From: Catajapyx aquilonaris
Taxonomy: Eukaryota
NCBI GenBank assembly: GCA_000934665.2
Contig: JYFJ02002923.1
Span: forward strand, 1-48,699
Direction of reading: 5' to 3'
Length of the DNA stretch: 48,699 nucleotides
Positions 24,901 through 36,651 of the stretch are shown here, piece by piece. The first letter of the stretch is position 1. Every line of letters starts with the position of its first letter. Under the pieces are notes generated by a model. That model saw only the letters and a program-made list of their open reading frames with translations. It was not told where the DNA came from and ran no database searches. The position numbers and the translations under genes are program-made.

Positions 24901-26499
24901 GAAGTCATCCAGAACCGGGCACGTTTTCAGGCAGTGGCGGAAATTATTATAATCAGAGCTGTAACGAGTGGTTGTTTCCTGCCAGCTAATTGCCCTGGCC
25001 TGGTGCTGTGCAGAGGGGGGGTCCCAATCTCTCCTCACTCCAACAGCACGTGTAATGCACTTATTTATGGTCTTGTTACGGGGGTACATGCATATGCAGA
25101 AAGTGCTGATGACGCGTTGCGATTCGAGCGGGGAAATCCCCGTGTAAATGGACGTTTTTTTTTTGCTGCCAGAAAAATCTCTCTCCCGAACACCCCTTTC
25201 CTCATAAATGACTGTCATCGACAGGGAAGTCCGCTCTCATTAAATTACTCTTCGGGATTCCATGTTAACATGTCAACACCGGGGGATGACAACCGCAACG
25301 GATGATTTATTACGCTTTCCTCACATGCAAAAATTTTCAAACCCAACCGAACACACATGGCTGGCAGAATAATAAAAAAATCCCGGAACAATAGCAGTGT
25401 CCGCACTTTTTTTATGTAGTCGCCTTTGATTCTGGTCAGCCCCATAATATTGGAAGCATTTCCTGTGCAGAATCTGCTCCGGCCCCATTATTTTGGACGA
25501 GAAAAATTGGCGCGCGGATTTTTGGCATGGTTGGGATTCCTGCCTTGCACATATCTCACTCTTGTCACGAGTGCACACGTGTGTGTGTGTATGTGGAAGC
25601 AGCTCACTTATCATCAGATGCGGCGCCCATTCTGGCAATGCACTACTGAAAACCAGGGGAGGGGGACAGTAGATAAAGCGGATTTTTCCGGGTCCTGTTT
25701 TGGGATTAATGCTTGTCAAATGGCATACACTGGACGTAATTTGGTGTGTGATTAGATTGGCCGATGGCGGAATTGGGCGCATACACACGGGCACGTAACG
25801 GCACGTTCCAGCTTCATCCACAAGGCGCTTCAATTTTTAAACTGATGCAAATGAGGGGATTTAATCACCCATGCACTGTACAGTATCCGCATCAAAGTGC
25901 GCACCAATTCGTTGAGTGCTGCACCAAAAAACACGAAGTACTCATCGCATGCAGGTGATACATATCAGATTTATTCCAGAGGGGGGAGAAATATGAACCG
26001 CAGACCGTTATTATCCACCTGCGGAGATAAAACCGCAAAGAGGTTAATTGGTTAATCACATTACGTCACTGCACCTATCCAAGCACCTATCAGTAGTTGA
26101 GAGTTAACAATACGAACAGTTAAAGTTATCCTGCGCACCAGAAGATCCGTGAAGCAACGGTGGTTGAAGGGTTGCATAACTCGCAGGATGATCGTGCAAA
26201 TTCAAAATGGGCCAGTGCACCACCCTGTAGGTCATCTCTTGATATCTGCTGAGAGAGATATATTTCCCCTTCTCTCCTGGATGTTTTGGCCAGATGATGA
26301 AATGACCCGGTCTCCGCTTCTTGGCACCGTGAGAAATCACTTCAGGTTTTTTCGGGCGAGCGCAGCCAGTGAATGGTGTAGTTTGGTTGGAATCCGGATG
26401 TTGGCTGGGTTGCCCCCTCCAAAAAAATGGGTTAGAGCCGGTGTGCCTGTCCCGGGTGTTTGGCATTGCGCCGGGTCAATTCCCCTTGGCCAAACTGCC

Positions 26500-26796
26500 T
26501 GGGTTGGCAGGACCCAGGGGCGGGTGTGGGGGTTCCGACTCTAGGCTCAGACGGCGCCGACTCGGAAACGCCTTCTCCGGATAGCCCCCAACTCTGCTGG
26601 AGCCAGTCGGCGAGCGGCCTTTGCACCGGAATCATCGCCCACTATATACACACACACGCAGACCCACACAGACATTTTACAGGACATGGAAGTTGCCAGT
26701 GCGCGATTGACCCTCTGGGACCCTAAGTGACCTCTTTTTTTGATTTCGCAAAAAAAAGAAATTAATTTTCGGGGAGAACCACCCTTATTCACTCAG
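26500..26796 (+). promoter_or_regulatory. Putative promoter and non-coding first exon of GABA-B-R2
   Basis: Local GC/CpG-rich patch, GC box GGGGCGGGT at 26517-26525, donor CAG|GTGCGT at 26797, and a strong acceptor (T-rich..ttgtag) at 27420 that needs an upstream exon; TSS not determinable. Confidence 0.4.
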
Positions 26797-27483
26797 GTGC
26801 GTGTTGAGTGTGTGTATGCGTGTTTGTTCCGACCCATTGGCTTCTCTCTTTTTTCGGGTACGTGAATTAGTCATGATCCGCCTGAAGTGTTCATCAGGTT
26901 CGACTTTTTTTAAAAAAAAGTCTACGCAGACTCGGAGTGTGCTTTTGCGGATACTAGGTTTCGAAAGTCGCGCTTGCATGCGTTGAATTCCGGAAATGGA
27001 AAATTCCGGTTTAAAGCAGAATTTTTGCGGGAACTTCCAGCGAAACCCAATGTATGTTTCTAACAAACGTATGCAATATTCATAACTGTAGCAAAATGTG
27101 TGTTCTTATGCCAGTTGAAGTCACATTGAGCCATTCTACCATCCATAAGTCGTTATTGTGGAAAATGCAAACTTTTAAGTAGTTTTATCTTTTGCAGCAG
27201 TTGACTTTTGAGCTGGATTTGCATACTGCTTGCCTATTTATACGAAACTAGTGGCGGAATTAAGATCAAAGTTGGTACTAAATTTTTGCTTACTTTTTTA
27301 CTCCGAATTTTGAACGAGTCCGAATCTATGTTGAGCTTGTAGACGTGTCCAGTTTTGTGACAATTCTATGATTTGACCGGTCCTTTGCGTTGTTTCTTTT
27401 TTTTGGGACCATTCTTGTAGGTTGAGGTGGTTGGGGGATAGGCGATGGTGAGGAAGCGCAAGTGAAGGGGCACCCAGGAGACC

Positions 27484-27771
27484 ATGCTGAGGAGGGTCAG
27501 AGGAGAAGGGAGGGCGCCAGCAGCACCATCTGCGCCAGTGTGGATGTGGATGTGGGTGCTGGTGCTGTCGGCGTGGGTGGCGGTGGTGGTTGGGGCCCAC
27601 CGCCGCCACGACGTCTACATCGCCGGGTTCTTCCCTTTGACCAAGAAGGTGCCGGAAGGGGCCCTGGGAAGAGGACTTCTCCCGGCGGTCATGCTGGCCA
27701 TCAGGCACATCAACGACAATCCGGACGTTCTCAGGGGGTTCCGGTTGCACATCACCTGGAACGACACTGAG
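27484..27771 (+). CDS. GABA-B-R2: GABA-B receptor subunit 2, first coding exon (signal peptide + start of Venus-flytrap domain); rest of gene presumably beyond the window
   Basis: accATG; signal peptide ..VLVLSAWVAVVVGA; DVYIAGFFP..GRGLLPAVMLAIRHINDNPDVLRGFRLHITWNDTE resembles insect GABA-B-R2 (DVYIAGFFP..GRGVMP..WNDTQC, from recall); exon starts 27421; donor GAG|GTACGG at 27772 (phase 0). Confidence 0.88.
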
Positions 27772-30700
27772 GTACGGTACACCACTATTGTCCAACAAAT
27801 TGCGTGAAGCTGGTAGGCAGAGGTAGATTTTAGGCGAATCTGGGCCCCTCCGAAAGATTCGCAAACATTCGATTTTCCGATGCTGTGTTGCCGCACCGAA
27901 CAGAGGGCGATAATGACAGGCCCAAGTAGATACCTCTGGCCTGTAACGAGCATGAACGGAGTTATCTCTGACGAACCACTTCCGGCTTCTACTCTCTTTT
28001 TTTCTCCTTCCGTTCTCTATGATCAAATCGGAGATGGTAACAAATCTGATTGGAACCACAATCTGGCAACGGTGGAAATTTTGGGATTTTTTTTTCTCTC
28101 TTCCTTTTGACATGATGGGGGTGCGGGGGGAAAAGCAAAGGCAAAACACACACACAGAAAGAGAGGCATTGTTTTGACACCTTTTGACGGGGAAGGGCAT
28201 TGTTCTGTCGTCGACGAAATGACTGCTTTGAAAATTTATAATTAAGAATTTTGGCGGCAAAAGAGCTGTTTTGTTGGCGCCCAGTAATTATCAACACTAT
28301 TCCCTCCAATGTTTGTGATTGTTCGGTGCTTCAAAAGACAAGGAGGCGGGTGAAAAAAAGCACTGCAAAAACACGACCTCGCATCCAGTATGATCCGTGT
28401 AATATTACAAAGCCATTTTACATTGGAGTGTGTGTCAGTGAAAAAAAACTAACAATGATCAATAAAACAATAAAATAAAATAACACAAATTCCGAATTTG
28501 GCGCGTAATATTCATATCAACATGTTACAAATCAGAAATGTTCCATAATTATACTTATTAGCGGAATAAATTACGTCATACCCATCGACGGTGCAGTGCG
28601 TTTGTAAAATAACGAAATAATGTTTCTGGAATTAGTGAAGTCATGCACTGGCAAAATATTATGCAAATACTGCGCATAATTATATTAAATTATGTGTCGC
28701 TAAATGTTGGTTGAAAGAGCGCAAATCACAGTGCGGATGAATTACCGAAAGGTTTGCTGCGCAATGTTTTTGCAAATAGAGTAATACAAGCATTATTTCA
28801 TGCAATAAATTGTACTATTTAGCCTACACACTTTAACTGGGATGATTGTAATTTATTTAATTTTACACTGGTATATTTGTTCAGAATATATGTAATCCCA
28901 ATAGAGTCTAAGGAACTAAATACATTAAAACACATTAATTGCGAAATAATTATTTGACATCAGAGTTCCTAAAGAAAAATATTTTAGCAATATTTTGATG
29001 CCGATACTTCCGCAAAATTTAGCAGGACGTCTGACCATTTAGCCAAATAAAGGAATATCTGCGTTTAAATAATTTTAAAAACCATCTCCCTCCCTTTCCC
29101 GCTCTCTTTTTATAGCCCCTGCTATTAAATTTCACAAGGCTAAACCCTGCGTGCCCTAATTACATTTTAAACTGCTGTAAACATTACGGCAGCAGTAATT
29201 TTATGCTTTACAATTTTTGCTCGTAGAGTAGTAGGCACGTCACATTGTTCAAGTTCCGGAAGCAGAAAAAAACCCGCTTAAAATAAGATGTAGAATAGCT
29301 ATGACGTCACTCTGAGAGTGCATAGGTCATATCTATTTTGGGCAATGCAGTTTGTGCTTAGGACCAAGTTAGCCCGTACCATTCATAGTTTACCCGGCCC
29401 AGTCTGTATTAAAAATTTGCAAGGCCATCCTACACTTCATTAATATGTGCGAGGTAGTCTGAAATATCCGGGGGACACAATATATGTTCAGAAGAACAAG
29501 TTCAACTAAAGGTGATTTAGCTTCATTTACAAATGCGAAATAATGTTATTTTGCTATCCCGAATCCTGATATGGATTATTTTACTCTAATTTGTTGTAAT
29601 TTAATTATAAACAGATTATAAAGCGCTTGACAGAAAGTAATATGAGATAAAATGCAATAAAACTAGAAAGGAATTCAAAATGGATACAGGCTGACATCAT
29701 GATGTTGGCTGCTTCATAATGCAGAGTTTTTCGCACATTTTAGTATCCTTTTACGCACTTTGTGTCATATGAAACCGGTGCTAACTACTTAAATAGATGA
29801 GCACACATTTTTTGTGAAAATAGCAGACCGCGACTATATGAACATTTTCACACACCGCTAGTTGTTGCAGCCAGTATATATACCGTACCAATGTTGTTTT
29901 TTCGGGTTTATTTTTCGCCCGCTATGTACCTTTTGGCAGCAGGCAGTCGGAGCTTTGCATGACGCCTGAAAAACCACGATGACAAAGTAATTACTGTACT
30001 TTACATATCGACTGACGGTATCTGCTGGACATGTGCTGCTTTTCGCACAAGTCTCGAAAAACCGGCTGCATATTTCAAAGCTCCGCCACAGGCCTTGTCT
30101 CTTTTTTCTCTCTCTCTGTACTTAACCGTTGTGTTGTGTGCCTGTGTATGAGCGTGTATGATGCAGCCAGCTAAAGATCGATGGAACATAACATCAGATT
30201 TGCAAAGCACATGCTGCAACATGCTTGGTAGAAATAAAAAAAATGGTATAGGAATAAGTAGTGGCAAAGACAATGTTGAAGGCAAAGATCGATAGATTGA
30301 CATGTTGTGGGGGCCATTCTTTTGAGCCTGGTTCGATTAGACTCGGCGGAACGGTTGAAACTAAGTGAGCGTCCACTACCAAGTACGTGTAATGAACAAG
30401 GCTTCGCTGTACTGCGAATTAAATTTGTCCCTTAAAACTGTGTATCCCGCTCTGCGGATACAGTATTCCTGGAAACTTATATTCAAATTGATTTTTGTTT
30501 GAAAAGTCGCTCTTATGGATTCTCTAAGCCTCTGGGGGGGAATGGATCGATGTGGCTTTACCTTAGATTCTCTACATTGCTCAGGATTCCCATCGAAGTG
30601 CATATTGTACAATATATGGAGGGGGGTTTGTTACTTCGGAAATCCTTCGGTACACTTGGCCGTAAATCCAGAGTTTGACTGAAAGTTTAAAAGTTTGCCC

Positions 30701-30806
30701 CGGTTGCCATAAAACTGAAAGTCGGGATTGCACTAAAAAATTAAAGCCAATCGGAGCAATGTTTTAATACAGAATGGTAGGCAGCAGCTGGAGGGAGACA
30801 AGATAC

Positions 30807-30872
30807 GGATTAGTCACTCCAGTCGCGCATGCGCACTTCAGCACACACATGCGCGATTGGAAGGACTAATCC
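30807..30872. mobile_element. 66-bp palindromic mini-element
   Basis: ggattagtcactccagtcgcgcatg vs reverse complement of the right arm ggattagtccttccaatcgcgcatg (22/25). Confidence 0.65.
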
Positions 30873-31897
30873 ATCACTTTTTTCTCTACATATTTTTTTT
30901 TCCATGAGTGGATCTGTAGATTTCTCTGGAGTCTCTTGAATTTCAACTTCTACTGTTACGTATATTATAATCTCCCTTCAATCCAGATCCAGGAAATGTC
31001 ACCAAGGGTTCTTGCCAGATGTCACGACCTGGCATCATGTCCGGGCCCTGAAATCCCCTCGCTTGGAATTAATCGTGTTTGGCAGTGTGAGATATACCCT
31101 CCCGAGTTGGGAGTTGAAGCAGGTGCGTCACATGTCTTAAGATGTCGTTGGTCGGGAAGAAGGAGTTCTGAGGAGGAGGCACCTTCATCTCTAGATATAT
31201 ATCCCAGCCGCATCTCTCGTAAAGGGAAAGGCGTCACCTGCGACCTCTGCCCGACTGACGTAAACACCGACCTAGGAGTTTCCGAGGCGGTTTTAAGAAT
31301 CAAGTTTGCAAGTGCCTTAATCTCGTTGGCAACAAGTGACGTGCTCCAATTAGAAGACGGATGATGGGTGGGGGTTTGGTACAAACAGGGGGATTATGCA
31401 ACATGCTGCCAGCAGATGTCACTTGGGGGGAGGTTTTCTTAGCAGGAAGAGGAGACGCCATCTTGGATATTTTTCAACCGCCGCGGCCGAGTGCGGAAAT
31501 GACGCGACCATGTTTATCCAGTTGGCGGAATCTTGCAGAAAATGGGGTCACCGTGTCTATTTCCGCGGAAAACTGCAAAACTGGAGGGAGCTTTAACTTA
31601 TCCTAACGCGATTATCCGCGTGGGGAAGTACCTTTGGGAGTGGTAACCCTGGAGGGAAGCCTCTTACTCCCCCCCCCTCACTTCCCTCCCGCCAATTCCA
31701 GACAATAAACAGAAGGGAACGTTGCGATTCTCTGCGGGAATCCCAGTCGCGAATGCCTCTTGATAATAGGTCGCTAATACACTTGGAGATTATGTCTGCT
31801 CAACTTCCCGGATCAGACTTAAGTGAGGAGGAATTTGGGTAAACACATGTCACTTACTCTCGAGAAGGGGGAAAAAACATGAACAGACTACAGATGA

Positions 31898-32115
31898 TTT
31901 TTTACGAGCGCAACCGAGTGCGCACCCACACTCGCGCAAGTCCATTGTTCCGACCACAACATTGCCGCAGTTACTCCTCATGTAGCCTAGGTTCGTTACA
32001 GAGCCTTGGCAAATGGCAACACCGCAAAAGTTGGCCATATTGTTCCCCCCTGAAGCATAGTGTTGGAAACAATTTGCGCGAACTGCGTTGCACACTCGGT
32101 TGCGCTCGTAAAAAA
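31898..32115 (+). mobile_element. ~220-bp non-autonomous element with perfect 23-bp terminal IR (T6-ACGAGCGCAACCGAGTG)
   Basis: 31898-31920 is the exact reverse complement of 32093-32115; second copy at 10742; superfamily unclear. Confidence 0.8.
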
Positions 32116-33445
32116 CCAAATTGAACTATAGTATGTAATCGATTTAAGAAAGTCTTCTGGAATTACATCCTGGACGTGTGCAGATTTTTTGGGGGGATTG
32201 TAGGTGGGTTGCAAATTTTTTCCGTCTATTGGACAAAGAGATTTTTTTATTATTTCAATTTGAATTTAAAATTTTCTGGGAAAAGGTGGGATCAAAATGT
32301 ATAGGAATGAGATTCACAGCTTTCTTCTGGATCCGTCGGCGATTACTGCTGGGATTTCCCATGGGATGTGCAGATTTTCTAATGTATTTTTTGCCGGATT
32401 TATTGGTGGGAATGTTGGCAAATTACTTGGAATATCATTCTACAGACAGCGTTTTGCGGATTTTCAGCAATTATCCGGATTTGCTCTGAATTATTTACAC
32501 ATCAGGTGTGAAATTTCATGTAACTTTCTACAGTATTTTTTTCTCGACACTTCCTCAGAAAAATCCTCTCGCCAGCTTCAAGTTACCAGGGTTTCCTTCG
32601 GATCATCCGGATTCCGCCCCACCACACTGTCATGCCCTGAATTCATCATCTGGACCCTTCTCTACACATTTCTCTGGATTCCCATGGGTTACACCAACAT
32701 TTTTGCGACATTTCCTGCCTGTTTGCACTTGATTCCTTATCATGTCTTTCGCTTCCTGAATTACCATACTTCGCTTTACAGGCAGTAAACTCTATAATTC
32801 TGGCCACGATTCTGTTTCCATTGGTATTTCCAACTGCCCACCAGTTTCCTCCCGAGCTGTAATTCGCCTCCAGATTTGCTCGGCAGCTGTCACGTCTCTA
32901 TGATAGAGATGTTAATCCCATCGGAAAGGGAATAGACAATAACAGATGGAAAGCGTCTTGCCGGCTTAATTCTCGTCAGCGTCATTAGCTTCTCCCTCGG
33001 AATAATCTATGGTCTGTTTGGCACACTCCGCGCGGGCCAGGCCAGCGCTCAAAAAACGACGTAATTCCAACCCTGTCCGATAATAATGGGCGAGACGGTG
33101 ATTGGCTAGAGGCGATAAGAGTGGGCGGAGACTGGCTCGTTTTGTGTGTGACCATCAGCAGGTATAGAGACAACCGGATGCACCTGCAATTAGGCAGATA
33201 AGCGCCTCTCTCTCATCATTGCGCGACGGGTCGAGTCAAAAGTAGGGGGGTTAATTGACACACCAGGGGTAAATAGTGACCTACCCTCTGCGGGGGGCCG
33301 TAAATAGAAATGGGGGGTTGGCCCGCGGTGGCTCAATTGATTAATTGTCTGTTTGGATGTAACTATTCTGATGAGTTGGCGAGACCCACCCTTGCGGTGT
33401 GTCGTGTGAGTCAATTGGCGAAAATTCTGCTACTCTTGATTAATC

Positions 33446-33525
33446 TACAGGGTGACTCTAAAATGTCTGGACACATATGTAATTGTTGCAAAACAACTAT
33501 GTGTCCAGTACAATTGACCTCAACT
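33446..33525 (+). mobile_element. Short degenerate TA-CAGGGTGACTC MITE
   Basis: TIR shared with 17306-17343; internal IR ctggacacata/tatgtgtccag. Confidence 0.5.
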
Positions 33526-36480
33526 GTCTTTTATCATGTACATGACACATCAATTTTGTGTAATTAATTTCAACAGTTTCGTTGTGATTCCCTCAGGATT
33601 TTCTCAGATTTTTTATCAGTTTGCTCTGCTTTTCTCACGAATTCGTAAATATTTCATGCGATTCTTTCGCCGTATCGATTACCTGTGTGTAATCCCTTGA
33701 TTTCCACCAGATTCATCGACTTCATTGATTTCCTCCCCAGGTTTTTTCCCTCAATAGTGTTACACACAATTTTACAGCCAGAGCAATTATTTTACAGACG
33801 CCTCTTGAGTGGTAATGAGCAATTGCTGGGTTATCAAACCGAAATGTGATTAACCGCATGTGATGTTTACTCCTCCCGCTCATTACACCAACTGGAGAGG
33901 AGGATGTTGGCAAATGTTTGAATTATATGATTGGTTAACAAGTCTCTCTCCGGCTGCATAATATTTCGTTGAATTAGCTCTCCCGGAATTAATAGTTAAA
34001 CCTAATATTACGCCCATTGTGTTGGCACTGCTGGCTTAATTTTGGCAAACTTTTAGCACTGCGATTCCCTTGCATGAGCGAATTATTATGACACGCTTGG
34101 TCATGTATGCTTGAAGGAAGCCGGAGTTTTAATTTCCAGTCTTTTAGTTTTTTTTTTAACATCGCGATTTTTAGTGCGCAAAAAAATTGCAATTCCTCCG
34201 CAGAAAGCCCCCCAGGTATATAATGGCGCCTAATGATGAGCGAACGAGCGCCCGACTTCGCAATTTTCACTCGCTGTTCGCGAACTTCTTTTTTTTCACA
34301 CCCGCTTCCCCCGTTTTTCCCCCCAACCCCTCTTTTTTTTGGGGACTTCCTTGTGAACCGAGCCAAATTAAGGCTCCTGATTGTTGTTCACTCTTATAAA
34401 ATCGTCGTTCCCCATTTGCTACCACCTTTGCAAATTGATAGCATATTTTTTTTGAGGAGGTAAAAAGAATAATTGAAACTTCTCTACAGCGGGGGTTTCG
34501 CATATATATTTTTGAAATGCCTGGCATTGGCAGCATGTAATGCGATGATGTTTCATATTTGAATTGGGTTTATTGTGCGGAAAATGCCTCGATATCGATT
34601 TATTTCGCAGGATTGGCGAATAGTGCGATTTTCTTGCGATTTTGCATCGATCAGACTATGAGATTTAAATAAGGTGAGAGATGGTAAGTGGACATGGGTC
34701 CTTATCGTGCATTTTTTTCAAAATAAATTTGGCAAACATTTGAGCGGTTAGTTCATATAGATGAGAGTTTTTGCATAATTTAGGGTCTGCAACGTTTTGC
34801 ATGATTCACGGACGGAATTTTCGTTACCAGTTTTGCATTTTATGTAAGTGAACTAACTTTAACATACAGTAATTCTGAACATGAATTTTTGCAAAAGTGT
34901 GGATCAATTTTTGGCAATATTACATGTGTACGTGTGTGAATTTTTCAGACAGGCCTACCGGGAATTGTGGAAATATTTATTGGGACTGCAGGTGGAATTT
35001 GTGTAATATTTATGTATTATTATTATTTCAAACCTTATGCGGATAACATGTTTAAATATTCATAGACAGAATTTTATAATACGGTACACCGATTAAATAT
35101 ACAGTACCGCACACATTGATAATAATGTAATTTATAAAAATTGAGTTAAGACGTTGAAAACTTGTGATCAAAATTTTATACCAAAGTTTGGTTCAGTTTT
35201 GTAAAGTAAAAAATTAGCAAAATTTGCGAATGTGTGGGGGTGAGTATGTGACGTATTTTCTGCAGGGGTAATTTAAAACCTGCAAAATTCATGCACGTCC
35301 TGGGATGTTGTTTGCTTACAGTTGCATTTAGCTGGAAATGAACATATTTTGAAAACCTCTCGCTTTTTTTTCTAAAACAGTTCACCTGGTTGGCAGCACA
35401 TAACGATAATGTTATTTAGGACGAAATTAACTGCCAGCGATTCATCTCGTATGTCATTAAACGAGAAAGAGAACCCCTGCTATGGACAGTGCTAAAATCG
35501 AGCTTTTAATCGGTAGTTCCAAAAAGTCGGTGTCAACCCATGCAAAAAGCAATGTCATTAATTCGTCGCAAAAACTCGATAACGTCAGTGATGCAATGAA
35601 ATCCTACCCCGCGTATTAATTTCATCTGCGGGTCTGTACGAATGGCCACCGGGCCGTAATAATTCCCATTTAAATCGTTTGACACATAAAATCCTCGTCG
35701 GGACACACACACGAAAAAAGTGGTTGCGCTTTGTACAAAAATGGCGAAAATGGTGATAATAAGTGAATCATGACTTGTTGGGAGATTCAGCAACATGGCT
35801 TGGAGAAATAAATAACGGAATAATAATAAAAAAAGGTGCGGATCGACTTGGGGTGTCTGCTGCCAATAGTTCAAAAAGCGATGATTGATCACCAGCTGCG
35901 GATTGGTCATGCAACAGAGCATGATACGGTCTCAGGGCTCATTTTTAGCAGCTCTTTACAAGCTGTTACAGTCTGCGCAATATATCTTATGTGTTAAAAC
36001 TTTAATATTTTTTTGATTCAGACCTTTGTGCACGGTTGGTGAATGGTGTGTCTGGCCCTGACCAGCCTTCAGTTGAATTGCTTCATTCATTGGGCCATGG
36101 CTGAAGAGTCTTGGCGCCGCTTCCCCTGCACTTCCCCTTATACGAAGAAGAAGAAGAAAAAAAAAACAGAGGCTCATAATTTGAGCAGAGGAAACTTAGT
36201 AAAGTTTGTTCATCTCCGGGCCTCCCCAGACTGCACAAGAGTTGCCTCCTCCCCCGCCCCCTCTTGGCAATAAGCGTTCTTCTATTCGCTTTCCCGACTT
36301 CAAAGTGCGCTTCTCAGAAATGAACCAGGGATATTTATCGCACCGGGTTCCCATTGATTGCGGGGCCTCCTCCTCCACCCCCCCACCCACCTCCGACCCC
36401 CTCAGCAAATGCAGGTATAGACCAACACTTCCCAAAATCTGGAATCAGATTCAGATTCCTACAGGGTGCTTCCAAATGTT

Positions 36481-36651
36481 TCTTCTAATATCTCTCCGTC
36501 GGATGTTTGTCCGCTGGAGGCCGATTTACCACTTAGTATTATTCTTCACACACAGATGGCGCATCTTCCCTCTGCGCACTCCTGCCACTCCCAAGCCATG
36601 CGGGAGAAAGTGGTACTAACATTCGATGGAGAGAAATGGCGTTTTAGAAGA
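36481..36651 (+). mobile_element. ~170-bp element with TCTTCTAA..TTAGAAGA inverted ends and CAGATGGCGC core
   Basis: Inverted ends tcttctaa..tctctccgtcggatg / cattcgatggagaga..ttagaaga; core repeated at 39195. Confidence 0.65.

Noticed and set aside
27484..27771. Assignment as GABA-B-R1 or mGluR
   Set aside because: DVYIAGFFP and GRG.LP fit R2; R1 has IGGIFP..GGW.GG..C.PA (from recall)
27298..28260. 320-aa minus-strand ORF
   Set aside because: Overlaps the GC-rich GABA-B-R2 exon antisense, low complexity, no recognisable domain
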